Positions 1 through 11,823 are shown, counted from the first letter of the whole stretch. The stretch is DNA of 62,897 bases, filler included, from Globobulimina sp. (GCA_003354225.1; 48 parts of 48 records of this genome joined end to end with filler, not necessarily neighbours in it); one strand, 5' to 3'. Notes: generated by a model not told the origin, from the letters alone. Program-made: numbers and translations.

Positions 1-189
1 ATCTCCTGTATAGCCAGGAAGGGACAACGATTTTCCATCTACAATACAAATGCGTTTTCCCAATACGAAAATAAACCTATCTCTGTTTACCGAAACATGA
101 CAAACATTTTTTTCCTACGAAAAATTCGTAAAGTTTTTCGGAAACCACTTTACGGTATTCGACGCCTCCATTACCATTCAAAACCACGG

Positions 190-768
190 GTAAAACGAGA
201 GGAGGTATTTGTTTCAAGCGGTCACTGGCAGCATAGACGTCCTTCGTTTCAACGTACTCGGCATGCCCGTAGTCAAAGAAGAATACCTAAAAACCGTTCG
301 TGCTGTAGTTCACAGTACAAAAACTTCGGTGGACATAAAATTTGCATACTTGCACGAGTGTATTTGTTGGTTTTCCCACAATAACTGCTCGATAAACACA
401 ATCATCACCTGACCATCTACATAGTACTAATTCGCCTTGATTTGCATCTACCGGCACCAAATTTGTCTCAGGTGTATCGGCAATTATAGTTTGATGGGTA
501 TTTGGATAATGCACTTCGGGACTAATCCACATGCGGTTACCCCCTAAAACTTGGATGCCCATGTTAGGGTTACATGAGTAATGGTTATTGATATTCTTAC
601 CTTTTTCGACTCTAAGTACGGTACAATTGAAATATTCGCCACAAGATGGTGTCATGGTGTAAGGTACAGGTACTCCGTTTACTGTGTATCGCGTACAATC
701 TTCAACTATCTCACCATTTCGCTGCAAGTACGCACAACCTCGATAAGTAATCGTCCCGATTGTATTAC
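190..768 (-). CDS. Tudor-domain protein, internal exons (intron 287-349)
   Basis: Splicing GTATGC(349)..TTTTAG(287) joins GELVLCRWSGDDCVYRAVIVGKPTNTLVQ to VFFFDYGHAEYVETKDVYAASDRLKQIPPL, the extended-Tudor pattern (W..D..YRA.I...V.F.DYG..E). Outer boundaries are approximate. Confidence 0.8.
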
Positions 769-1214
769 CTGAAAACTACTATACACGTTACCATAAATTA
801 CGTACAGGGAGTGAATCGTTTTATCGAATTACCCAAAGTTAACATGAATGGGGCTTCTTTTTTACTCCACATGGACATTTCGACACTACTGTATGTTTGT
901 AAATAAAAATAACGAGCCAGTACTTCCAAATTTAGTTGTCTTTTCGTCAACAAGCTCCTCAAAAAGTTAAGTTGCGTATTGCTTCTGTGCGTAAATCCAT
1001 TCCAACAACGCACAGAATCCTTACTGTTAGTATACTGTCGTCAACTTTTGCCTCAATGGAGCCTGTAATAATTTAAGCATAACAGATAAAGTTCTGTGAC
1101 TTTTAATTAATAAAATGACATAAATTTTCAAATTATATCCACAACACTTGCATAAAGTATACTGTAATTACCTGAAACATGTTGTCTAACCTTTAATACT
1201 CTTGGCTTGTTCTC

Positions 1215-1314
1215 NNNNNNNNNNNNNNNNNNNNNNNNNNNNNNNNNNNNNNNNNNNNTTAATTAATTAANNNNNNNNNNNNNNNNNNNNNNNNNNNNNN
1301 NNNNNNNNNNNNNN
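1215..1314. other. Artificial contig linker (first of 47 identical N44-TTAATTAATTAA-N44 spacers)
   Basis: The same 100-nt spacer recurs every ~1.31 kb. The palindromic core gives stops in all frames, and the intervening segments shrink monotonically from 1214 to 1211 bp. Confidence 0.99.
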
Positions 1315-2522
1315 CAATTATTCTCATTTAATAGCGAATGCAGCGAACCAATGCCTTCATGCCCTAATAAATCAGATATAAATGCAGTGGGCGAGGAGCC
1401 ATAATGTGTGCTACATTCTGCTCCATTTAGCATCCAATAAATATCCAATGTATAATACTCTTTCACTGCATTTACACGGAATAACTTGCCATAAATTGGT
1501 TGCAATAAATTCGGTTCCATTCGCAATGAATTAGCACAGTCCAATGACTCTATTTTTGCGTCATAGCCATCATTTTGTTCCTTCTCAGCAGCAATAAATC
1601 CGTTTGGAACGTTAATTTGTTTAAACAAGTCCGTTATATACGTTTCTAATTCGACCAAATCGACATCACTTAAAACCACCAAACTCATATTATTTGGATG
1701 ATAATTATCACGCCAATATTCCACTAATTTATCGTTAATATTTATATTTTTGTTACTTAACGTTTTTATATTTCCAGATCCGAATTTGTAAAATGGAATA
1801 ATGTGTGACTGAGCAACGTTTTCTTTTAAAACTAACCATTGCTTATAACCGTCATCGGTTTTAGTTAAACGAAATTCGTTTTCGATTGCATTTAATTCTC
1901 GTTTTGAGGCATTTGGATTAAATAACGGCGCAATGAAATTGTTTGCAAATCGATCTAATGCTTCGAATAATAATTGTTTGCCTTTTGGCGCAATGTCAAA
2001 AACGTAATTTGTAAATAAATTGTACGTGGATGCGTTGGCGAAACCGCCTTTTAATGACAACCAATCTTCCCAGTCATTCTCCTTTGGATATTTCTTATTT
2101 CCCATAAATAGCATATGTTCGCAGTAATGTGCAATGCCTGGACATTGCATGAAATCGGAATAATATCCGCGGGAGACACATAATGAGACATCATAATAAT
2201 TATTACCGTCGGTTTTCGAACTGTGCTTTGATGACTTATCATTTTCTGTTTCTGTTTTGGTGTCATGCTCTTCGATTGCTTCTTTTCGTTGCGATAATCT
2301 TCTTTCTTGCTTATTGTCGTAAATTAAAAGTACTCTTAGTCCATTATTCAATTGTAAGTATTTGTAAGTGCGATGATCACAACTTGGCTGAATCCATTGT
2401 TTATCTTCGAATTTATTGGATTTGATTTTGGTGAAATTGGATTCATGTCGCTGTTTCCAATCACAATCAGGCTTAATTGGTTCCAATAATCTGGATTCAC
2501 GCTCAACAGATGTTGACATCAC
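1315..2522 (-). CDS. Peptidase M16A (insulysin/nardilysin-like), N-terminal part
   Basis: LNNGLRVLLI, the inverted zinc motif HYCEHMLFMGNKKYP, GGFANAST and ALDRFA..F.APLF...RELNAIENEF. Confidence 0.93.
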
Positions 2523-2707
2523 CCTTTTNNNNNNNNNNNNNNNNNNNNNNNNNNNNNNNNNNNNNNNNNNNNTTAATTAATTAANNNNNNNNNNNNNNNN
2601 NNNNNNNNNNNNNNNNNNNNNNNNNNNNTTTTTGTTTCATTTTAAACTGCCTTTTTTGGACAATTTTAAATCCTATGGAGATTTACACACTGATATGAAA
2701 CAACTGA

Positions 2708-2852
2708 ATTTATCGCAGAGGTTTCATGTTTTTTTATGTTCGAGCTAGGTTTCAATGTTTGCAGGTCCGAAGAAATCCGATTATGTTTCTTTCATCACTG
2801 CTGAAACCTACAAACCTCTAAACATAAAAAACATGAAACCTCTGCGATAAAT
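2708..2852. repeat. Inverted repeat / MITE-like hairpin
   Basis: 2708-2740 (atttatcgcagaggtttcatgtttttttatgtt) pairs with 2821-2852 with one indel. Inner arms taggtttca/tgaaaccta also pair. Confidence 0.85.
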
Positions 2853-2887
2853 GATACTTTTAATATCAAGCAAAACGCACACGTCCA

Positions 2888-3842
2888 TCAATAACATTTT
2901 CGATGTACAATGCCAGGACCGGCTGAATTATATTCCGCAGCTTCAATACACATTCCACTAAATGTACTCAACGAAGTCAATATTGATCCGCCCAGCCATG
3001 CACAATATCCTCTGTCTTGTGGCGCAACAACCTTTACCTTGCATTGTTTATAACTGATGGAATTTCTACACTTTGCAACCATTTCATTTTCCAATTTCTG
3101 TTTAAACCCTGTGAGCAAAGAATTGCCTCCAACCACCACAATATTCATCAACAAATCCTTGCGAATATCTACATCACAGCGCAATATTTGTCTCCATAGC
3201 AATTCATGAAAACCATCAAATGTACATTCAACTAAATATGCCGTTTGATAACTCACTGAAAAGTCACCAGCTTTAAACATACATTCTGTGCAATTAAACT
3301 GTTCGCCAACCAATTCAATAACATTCCCATCAGGCAATTCAAATTCTTTTCTCTCCCTTACAAATGTTGATTTATCCCCACAATATTCATCACAGATATT
3401 CTCAATATCAGCAGATGTATAATCAGCATATTTCGGATCTATATGTCGCAAATACGCAGTTACTAACCACTCTGCCTTACTACAAATTGCTTTTTTCATT
3501 TCAATTTCAGCTCCATCTTCTGCAATATAACCATACTTTTCTTTAATAACTCTAACATCCTCCACATGCAACGCACTGCAAAGCTTTTCATTTTTATTTT
3601 TAATCAATGTCTGCAAGTTTTCAGTTACATGTTTTCCTCCAATGAATGCATTGCATATAGCATGCTCTACTGCGTATCCTTCGTAAATAGGCACAAATTG
3701 TGTGGTGTCATAACCAGAATCTACCACAACCCCCGTGGTCCTTCCTGATGCATATAATGAGAGAGTTGCTTGGTTATTGAGATACATTGCCGGCACATTG
3801 AATGTTTCAAACATAATTTGGGTGATTTTCTCTCTGTGATGT
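2888..3842 (-). CDS. Divergent actin / actin-related protein, 5'-truncated
   Basis: REKITQIMFETFNVPAMY, LSLYASGRTTGVVVDSG, FELPDGNVI, CDVDIRKDL, WLGGSILTSLSTF and GPGIVHRKCY. Confidence 0.95.
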
Positions 3843-4368
3843 NNNNNNNNNNNNNNNNNNNNNNNNNNNNNNNNNNNNNNNNNNNNTTAATTAATTAANN
3901 NNNNNNNNNNNNNNNNNNNNNNNNNNNNNNNNNNNNNNNNNNTTATATGCAAATCATAAATTGACTTTTTATCAATTTTATTTTTCTTCCTCTTACGCAT
4001 GCAGCTATGTGAAATTTCTGGAAGAATGCCAATTTTTGTATATTACAAATTCGACTCATCTTAGTGACGCTACATACAGCATACATTACTATTTATATAT
4101 CGATCGATCATATAAACCGTGAGTCACTGTTTCATATTGGTGTTATGTAGTACATAATATGTACCAGACTATACATGTTTTAATCACATCTGTATTTAAC
4201 AAATTTGGTTATTTCCAATCTACGTTGTACGAATCCATGCAACGTATGTTCAAAACAAATAAGGATGTCATCATTCAAATGGCTTGAAGACTTTACAGTT
4301 TTTTGTCTTTTCTAAAATTAAACGATAATATTATCAAGTTTGAAAAAAGTGACAGATTATAAATTGCG

Positions 4369-5124
4369 TTACAGTTCTTTCTTAGTCATTTTCCAAACAG
4401 CATTACAAACATCAATCATATCAGTTTTGAATGCAACATTGTTTGAATTTGTAATAACTTTCCAATTTGCAAGTTTTGTATTAATATCAGGCTGATCATA
4501 CGGAATACCAAAATTGAGTATGTTACCATCATTATCCACCAGTAAAGCAATAAAATTTGTCAATGTGGTATCAGGGCACCAAATCAATTTAAATGCAATG
4601 ATTGAACCAAATTGTAAGTGACAAACATCATTTGGTGCACCGTGATGACACGTACACCACGAACCATTATTATCCGAACCAATTGGAATGCTGTGTTGTT
4701 TGATATGAGAACCAAGCTGATTTATTGTATGCATTCCTTGAATATGTGACTGTTGATTTGTATTTGTTGCATGTGCTGTAATAACTGGGCAGCAATCGAC
4801 ATGAGTCCAATCTGCAAAACAATGTGATGTCGCGACTGTATTGTTCCTTAATCCACAAATATAAACTAAATCCATTCGCAGTTTGTCCCATGAAACACTG
4901 TCTAAATTTATAGATGATACATCACTATGAATAAACTTGATACGTTGACTTGCAGTTCCTGGACAATCATATAGTTCTGATTGATATCCACAGTCATCAT
5001 ATCGTGATATAATAATTTTAATGTTTAAAAATATGAAAAATAGAAAACTTACCATTACATTAAAGTTTTTTTTTAAAGTTTTTAGTAAAAGTACAATGAC
5101 GTTTTGCTGCGTAAAATGAAACAA
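4369..5124 (-). CDS. Hypothetical protein, Cys/His-rich; true start uncertain
   Basis: Long ORF with a protein-like core (GSWCTCHHG..DVCHLQFGSIIAFKLIWCP..LLVDNDG). The 5' part looks intronic or non-coding. Confidence 0.55.
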   Translation of the reverse strand: MFHFTQQNVIVLLLKTLKKNFNVMVSFLFFIFLNIKIIISRYDDCGYQSELYDCPGTASQRIKFIHSDVSSINLDSVSWDKLRMDLVYICGLRNNTVATSHCFADWTHVDCCPVITAHATNTNQQSHIQGMHTINQLGSHIKQHSIPIGSDNNGSWCTCHHGAPNDVCHLQFGSIIAFKLIWCPDTTLTNFIALLVDNDGNILNFGIPYDQPDINTKLANWKVITNSNNVAFKTDMIDVCNAVWKMTKKEL

Positions 5125-5256
5125 AAATAATCAATTATATAATATGAGTTCAACAGNNNNNNNNNNNNNNNNNNNNNNNNNNNNNNNNNNNNNNNNNNNN
5201 TTAATTAATTAANNNNNNNNNNNNNNNNNNNNNNNNNNNNNNNNNNNNNNNNNNNN

Positions 5257-5772
5257 GCTGCAGCGCATGGCGCACACTCTGATTTTACTCAGTACTCTGC
5301 ATTAAAATGCTTGCAATCTGCACTGGATCTAGTGAGCAAACAAGGTGATGATTATACATATACTGCGGGCCGAGATCGCTTTGCAGTCATAAATGTTTGG
5401 AGAAATATATCTGATACGAATAGTATACAAAATTATCATTTAGCTGTAATGGATGCGCGCAGTGTTATTGCTCCCGATGATTTTCTTAAATATGATTTTG
5501 TTCCATCGGATGGAGCATATACAGCAGAATCCTATTACTTGAATGCGGCGAATGTAGCACATCATGAATGGTATTATTTCCCTCACATGAAAAAGAATGA
5601 ATTGCTGGTGTTCATGCAATATGAGAGTTGTTTCAAATCTTCAGCACGATATGTATTCCATACAGCAATTTATGATCCAAGTATTGATTCGAAACCAAAG
5701 GCGTTGGAAAGGGAAAGTGTAGAGTTGCGATTGGTAGCTTTCTTCCCCAAACATTCATCAGATACTATATAA
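5257..5772 (+). CDS. CmcJ/NvfI/AsaB-family Fe(II)/2-oxoglutarate-type oxidoreductase, C-terminal part
   Basis: AHSDFT (HxD), INVWRNI, LAVMDARSV, HEWYYFPHMKKNELLVF, FHTA and RESVELR. Confidence 0.85.
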   Translation, partial: AAAHGAHSDFTQYSALKCLQSALDLVSKQGDDYTYTAGRDRFAVINVWRNISDTNSIQNYHLAVMDARSVIAPDDFLKYDFVPSDGAYTAESYYLNAANVAHHEWYYFPHMKKNELLVFMQYESCFKSSARYVFHTAIYDPSIDSKPKALERESVELRLVAFFPKHSSDTI

Positions 5773-7576
5773 CATTCTCGTTTCTTATTGATAAGCTAAT
5801 AATGTATGATGCAGTGATATCCCGTGACTCTTGTCTTCAACATGCAATCTGATAATAGTCTGAAGTTAGTAGTTAGTGGATAACCCCCAGCCCCCTCATT
5901 ATCTATCTGGATATATCGTTTATATCTGAATATACAGCAACGTTTTTTTCTAAAATTAATACACTTATTATAGTATTTAACATTCAATGCACAGTTTACA
6001 GTAATACTGTACATATGCTTTTTGTGTCAAATACAAAACAAAAATAAAAAACTGACACAACTAAATTAATTATTTATTTTAATAATTATTTCAACCCAAA
6101 AAAATTCACAATTGAGGCCTTCAGACAAAATTAAAAAAAATTGTTTAAATTGCCTCAATTATAAACACGCTAAAACAAAAAGGAAAAGACAAAAAATAAT
6201 ATACTATCCATCTAATATAATTCATTGCATTTAATTTTGTTCGATTTGGAAATTTTAGTACGTATATTTATACAATTTATTATTTTTTCATAATACATTC
6301 AATTGGTTGTTTATTATCACATTTATTTGCTTTAATTGTTAGGTAATCAATCATTGGTATTTTTAAGTTTCTTGATTTCCTCATATTTACCCATATCTCT
6401 TTTAATATACAGTCAATTTCTTTGCCATCACTCATTAATTTGCCATATACATTTGGTGTCTTAGTTTCTTNNNNNNNNNNNNNNNNNNNNNNNNNNNNNN
6501 NNNNNNNNNNNNNNTTAATTAATTAANNNNNNNNNNNNNNNNNNNNNNNNNNNNNNNNNNNNNNNNNNNNATTGGATCCGACAGACGGGTCAACAACGAT
6601 GCTTCATGTATAGCTGCTCACTTTTATGTCTATTTTGGTTTGTTGCAACTTTTTACCCCAATAATTCTATTTGCTAATAGGCAAACTTTGATGACATAGC
6701 AAAATGGCATGTATTAACCTACAGCCGAGAAGAAAAAAACAGTAAAGTTATTTTTTTATCCAACAAACTTCCAATACTCCATGTAAGCGACCAGCAGATA
6801 TTATGATTTATGGAGTGTTTCCAGATCAAGACGAAGGAAGCCATTGATGTAGGAATCACAAATATAATCTGTGCGGAAAGCAGACTGAGTTGGAAAAAAA
6901 ATTAATAAATGAATTGAAATTGCACTGAAATTCTCACTCATAAACAAATATCGCTCGAGCTCGAAACCACCACTCCCTTCACACCAACACCACCGCTCAA
7001 CACCACCACCTGTACCACGCCAATAAATATTGTGTATGACAAATAACATTATTTACTATATCAAATATGAAAAATAATAAGTAATATTAGTAAGAAAAAT
7101 ACATGCAAAGTCTTTTTGTTATTTTGCGGTCGGTTCTTTAAGTCTTTCCCCATCTTTTTCAAGCGTCAGGGCCTCTTTGATACAATTTCTGGCAGTTTGA
7201 ATATCTCGAAGTATAGGACCCTATATCCATTGCGAATGTAGTTAAAAAAAATGAATAGCAATAATATAATGATATCCACATAATCAATCCACTCTGCACT
7301 CAAAATATCCATCGCGTGGTACCATCAATCTTTGAACTACTTAACATCCCCGCCACGGGACAAATGTCCATGGTTGTAAAATCAAGGAACTTTGAGTTTT
7401 TCCAAAAATTTCTTTTGCAAACGAAACGTCTCAACTTTGGATTTTGTTATATGAGTATAACAAGGACGACGCATATATAAAAATCCAATCAATTTTCAAA
7501 GTACAACATGTACAGCACCAGTAGTAACCAATAAGGATTGTACTGCACAATGAACACAATACAATGCAATAATTAT

Positions 7577-7784
7577 ACAAATAACCAAACGGTACAGTAC
7601 TGTAGTCACTGTTCACAATACGTTTATCATAAACAATTTTGTAGGTCTTCGTAGAAGGCTTCGTTGTCACAGTCCACGATTTCTTGTTGCGGTTGAAAGT
7701 CGTACCCATGTGGACGCCTCTGGCTTTCGCACACTGATCGTCCCCGCCTTCGACCTCTCGCCGTACCATTGCCTTCACCGTGCC
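7577..7784 (-). mobile_element. Polinton/Maverick-type protein-primed DNA polymerase B, extreme C-terminus (remnant)
   Basis: TKPSTKTYKIVYDKRIVNSDYSTVPFGY matches the K.Y..VYDKR.....T.P[YF]GY terminus of Polinton pPolB. This segment is more GC-rich than the rest of the contig. Confidence 0.7.
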
Positions 7785-7886
7785 NNNNNNNNNNNNNNNN
7801 NNNNNNNNNNNNNNNNNNNNNNNNNNNNTTAATTAATTAANNNNNNNNNNNNNNNNNNNNNNNNNNNNNNNNNNNNNNNNNNNNAT

Positions 7887-9097
7887 TTATTCGTTTTGCT
7901 GATCTTTCATCACAACATCCGACACTGTACTTTCTTTATTATTTTTGCTTTGCTGCACAGGCTCCGCATTATTATGGCCCGGCACCTCATCATTGCCATC
8001 CTCTTTTATCTCGTCATTATCCTTATTGTTGACAGCGCCTATTTTCTGTTGCTCCGCATACTTCTTCGGGTTCAAATGCGCCAACTCGCTCTTTTTCTGC
8101 GCATGATACTCGCGAATCACTTTAAAGTAAGAATGAGCCATCGCTTCGCGAGGCGTCAATCGCTTGTTATGGTCATAGCGCAAGAGCCGGTCCACGAAAT
8201 CCAATGACTCGTTGCTCATATACTTCTTATTGTAGTTATTTACAAACTTCGTCCAAGGTTTGCGTTGATAGCGCGACAAAATGGACTCGATGGCGGGGTC
8301 CAAGCGCAAGTCATACTGTTTGATGTATTCGTACAGGCCGCCGGTGCCCAACACCTTGGCGATCTTCACCAACTGGTCGTGGTTGTCGCGGCCATGGAAG
8401 AAGGGCTCTTTCTGGAAGGTCATGCCCGCGAACATGCAGCCCAACGACCACATATCCAACGAATAGTCGTACATTCGCATATTGACCAACAACTCGGGAC
8501 CTTACGCAAATTCGCACAAAAAGTCAAGTTTCAAACTGTTTTTTTTTTTTTGGGCAGGCTCAAAACGTGCAAAAAATGATTTTGATGTTTTTTGAGTTTG
8601 AACGCGGAAAAATGTTTCAGTTGGAAGCTGGTAATGAAATACCTTTAAAATAGCGGCTGGCCACTCGTACGTTATATTGTTGCTTCGGATGGTAAAATTC
8701 GGCCAATCCCCAATCGATTAAGCGCAATTTCTTGGTTTGATGATCGATCATAACGTTGTGAGGCTTGACGTCGCGGTGCATAATGCCGCACGAATGGCAG
8801 TAATCCAAAGCCTTTAAGATCTCGTAAATGTAATATCGGACATCAAAGTCGGTGAAGGTGGGATAGAGCGTCTTGAAGTTGGTGTTGTTGACGTACTCGA
8901 AGATCAGGGACGGGATACGAGAGACGGGATCTTTCACTGTGTCTAATAACTGGATGACGTTGGGGCCGCCGCGTAAATTCTTTAAGATTTTGATCTCGCG
9001 CTTGATTTTGGATTTTTTCACCGGTTTTAAGATCTTGATGCAGATGGGACTATTTTTGGAGATGTCGTAGCCTTCGAACACTTCGCTGTATTTGCCG
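7887..9097 (-). CDS. CKA1: Casein kinase II alpha subunit, 5'-truncated (intron 8501-8642)
   Basis: [38 protein letters not shown] and [11 protein letters not shown]. Splicing restores YFKG|PELLV, followed by [13 protein letters not shown]. Confidence 0.97.
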
Positions 9098-9197
9098 NNN
9101 NNNNNNNNNNNNNNNNNNNNNNNNNNNNNNNNNNNNNNNNNTTAATTAATTAANNNNNNNNNNNNNNNNNNNNNNNNNNNNNNNNNNNNNNNNNNNN

Positions 9198-10389
9198 AAA
9201 AGACCTTGTAGCTAATGGAGAGTTGGGAAAGATTAATTATATATATTCTCATAGATTAAATTTAGGAAAAATAAGAAGAGAGGAAAATATTCTCTGGTCA
9301 TTTGCTCCCCATGACATATCCATGATACTTTCTTTAGCCGGCGAGGAACCAGAGTGTGTTTTGACAACGGGTGGTAATTATCTGCATAACAAGATTGCAG
9401 ATGTCACTACAACCCACATGGATTTTCCATCAGGAATGAGAGCACACATTTTTGTTTCCTGGCTTCATCCCTTCAAAGAACAAAAACTTGTAGTTGTTGG
9501 CGATAAAAAAATGGCTGTATTTAATGATACACTACAATGGGAAGACAAACTACTCCTTTATCCTCATGAAATCAATTGGAAAAATAATATTCCTGTTCCT
9601 TCAAAAGCTGATCCTGAAAGAGTCGACATCCCTCAGGATGAACCCCTGAAACTGGAATGTGAGCATTTCCTTCATTCAATGACCAACGGGTTCAAACCGG
9701 TTACTGACGGAAAAGAAGGGCTTAGTGTATTAAAAATACTAAATGCGAGCCAGTACTCTCTTGAGAACAATGGCGAAAAAGTATATCTCCAGGATGCAAA
9801 AAATCAATCACATGCTGATAGAAAGAAGTCATCTGATTCAAAAAATAATTATTTTTCTCATGAAACAGCTGTAATAGATGACAATGTTGATATTGGAGAA
9901 GGGACTAAAATTTGGCATTTCAGTCACGTTCTTTCAGGTTCTGTTATAGGTGAGAAATGCAATATCGGCTAGAATGTAGTCATAGGACCTGAAGCAATTA
10001 TTGGTAAAGGGTGCAAGATACAGAACAATATATCGGTCTATAAAGGAGTGACCCTTGAAGATGATGTTTTTTGTGGCCCCTCAATGGTATTTACGAATGT
10101 TTACAATCCACGGTCACACATTGCCAGAATGGACGAATTACGAACGACTCTGGTAAAGAAAGGCACTACGCTCGGTGCGAATTGTACAATTGTATGCGGT
10201 GTGACTATTGGTCAATACGCTTTTATCGGTGCAGGTGCTGTTGTGAATCGTGATGTTCCGGATCATGCTCTTATTGTTGGAAATCCTGGGCGACAGATCG
10301 GATGGATGTGTGAATGCGGCTATCGTCTGGATGAAAACCATGTTTGTATTGACTGTGGGAAAAACTACAACGGAAAATTAGTTGATTAA
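9198..10389 (+). CDS. Bacterial Gfo/Idh/MocA oxidoreductase (WbpB-like) fused to hexapeptide N-acetyltransferase (WbpD-like), interrupted by in-frame TAG at 9970-9972
   Basis: [13 protein letters not shown] and [16 protein letters not shown] are followed in the same frame by [71 protein letters not shown]. Confidence 0.92.
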
Positions 10390-10410
10390 TGAAAATTGTA
10401 ACCATAGTTG
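10389..10410 (+). CDS. Start of UDP-GlcNAc 2-epimerase (WbpI/WecB-like), 7 codons only
   Basis: TAATG stop/start overlap. MKIVTIV(G) matches the MKIVTIVGARPQ start of these epimerases and fits the pathway context. Confidence 0.6.
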
Positions 10411-10510
10411 NNNNNNNNNNNNNNNNNNNNNNNNNNNNNNNNNNNNNNNNNNNNTTAATTAATTAANNNNNNNNNNNNNNNNNNNNNNNNNNNNNNNNNN
10501 NNNNNNNNNN

Positions 10511-10935
10511 ACAGCCAAAGTCAGAGGGCCAAAAGGTTCACCTTATGAAGGCGGCAAATTTCGAGTAACAATAATATTCTCCGATGATTATCCAATGAAA
10601 GCACCAGAATTGCAGTTTGTAACTAAAATATATCATCCCTCTGTAAAAACTGATGATGGCAAGGTTTGTCCAGAGATTATCGGCAGAGACTGGGCACCCA
10701 CACTTAATGTCGCATACAGTTAAGAGGTTTATTATGATTTTGATATCTCATTCAACGCAAAAACGCAATTAATAATGCATATGAATGATTGTAAGTCTTA
10801 GAAACTATCATTGGAATGTTAATGGATCCAAACACTGATTCCCCTTTGGAACCTGGCATTGCTGAGGTTATGGCCAAAGACAAAAAGAAATTTGAAAAAA
10901 CAGCTAAACAATGGACAAAAAAACATGCAAAGTGA
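10511..10935 (+). CDS. Ubiquitin-conjugating enzyme E2, 5'-truncated (intron 10719-10795); absent from the ORF track
   Basis: GPKGSPYEGGKF..FSDDYPMKAP..FVTKIYHPSV..GKVC(active Cys)PEII..WAPTLNV, spliced to ILETIIGMLMDPNTDSPLEPGIA..AKQWTKKHAK*. Confidence 0.93.
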
Positions 10936-11075
10936 GCATGTGAACATGATCGAATCAAGAACTTATTGTTTGATGCATGTGTGCAAAAGGAATGGCATTG
11001 CTTTTTTTTCACCTAACACATATTCTGTCATTCTCAAATAATTATATCCTTGCACTTGCTTTCATTGTCTCAGTC

Positions 11076-11723
11076 TCAATGTTGTTTGCCTTGTTTCCAT
11101 TTATCCAAGAATCTAAATTTTACAATATATCCAATCATAGCCAGAGCTGATGATGCAGCAACAACAAGAATCACAAAGAAGAGAGTCGATGGTGAAGATT
11201 CGGATGTAATTTCCATTCCAATTCCATCATCTACCAATTCTTTGTTGTTTAGTCGTGGTTTGTATTTGTCAGTGTTATCTCTTTTGTTTGGTTGATAATT
11301 TTGTCTCCTTTTCCTCAGAAATTGTTGAACATCTTTCATATTTTCATAATTATCAATATGTGCATTATACGACGGAAATAAAATATTTGCATAAACATGT
11401 TTCACACTATTTATAACTTGCGAGAACAAATTGAAATCATTTTGAATATTATTACTGTTGATATGATGTTTATCACATTTTGAGTCCAGTGCCCATTCAT
11501 CGCTTACATCCGAACAATCGCAAATTATACCATCATTGACTAAACTGGAATGGATATATTTATTATCTATTTCACAAAAAAATTTGCCATTGTTGCATGC
11601 AGATGTATATGGCTCATCATTTCCTGTCTCCATACCTTTATTATTTTAGTTGAATGCTTTTATTTAATTAAATTGCATATAAAGGAATGGAACGGATATT
11701 CCATACAATCGCAGTAGTTATCA
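11076..11723 (-). CDS. Glucosidase II beta (PRKCSH) N-terminal-like domain protein with C-terminal TM helix (intron 11636-11706)
   Basis: DNYCD|CMETGNDEPYTSACNNGKFFC..IHSSLVNDGIICDC.D.SDE, then a hydrophobic segment LFFVILVVAASSALAMIGYIV. Confidence 0.8.
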
Positions 11724-11823
11724 NNNNNNNNNNNNNNNNNNNNNNNNNNNNNNNNNNNNNNNNNNNNTTAATTAATTAANNNNNNNNNNNNNNNNNNNNN
11801 NNNNNNNNNNNNNNNNNNNNNNN

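Noticed and set aside
1259..1270. Regularly spaced TTAATTAATTAA as a CRISPR-like or biological repeat
   Set aside because: It always lies inside N runs of fixed length and is a concatenation linker.
7896..8579. Antisense and alternative-frame ORFs over CK2 and similar shadow ORFs throughout the track
   Set aside because: They overlap well-supported genes and show no independent protein signal.
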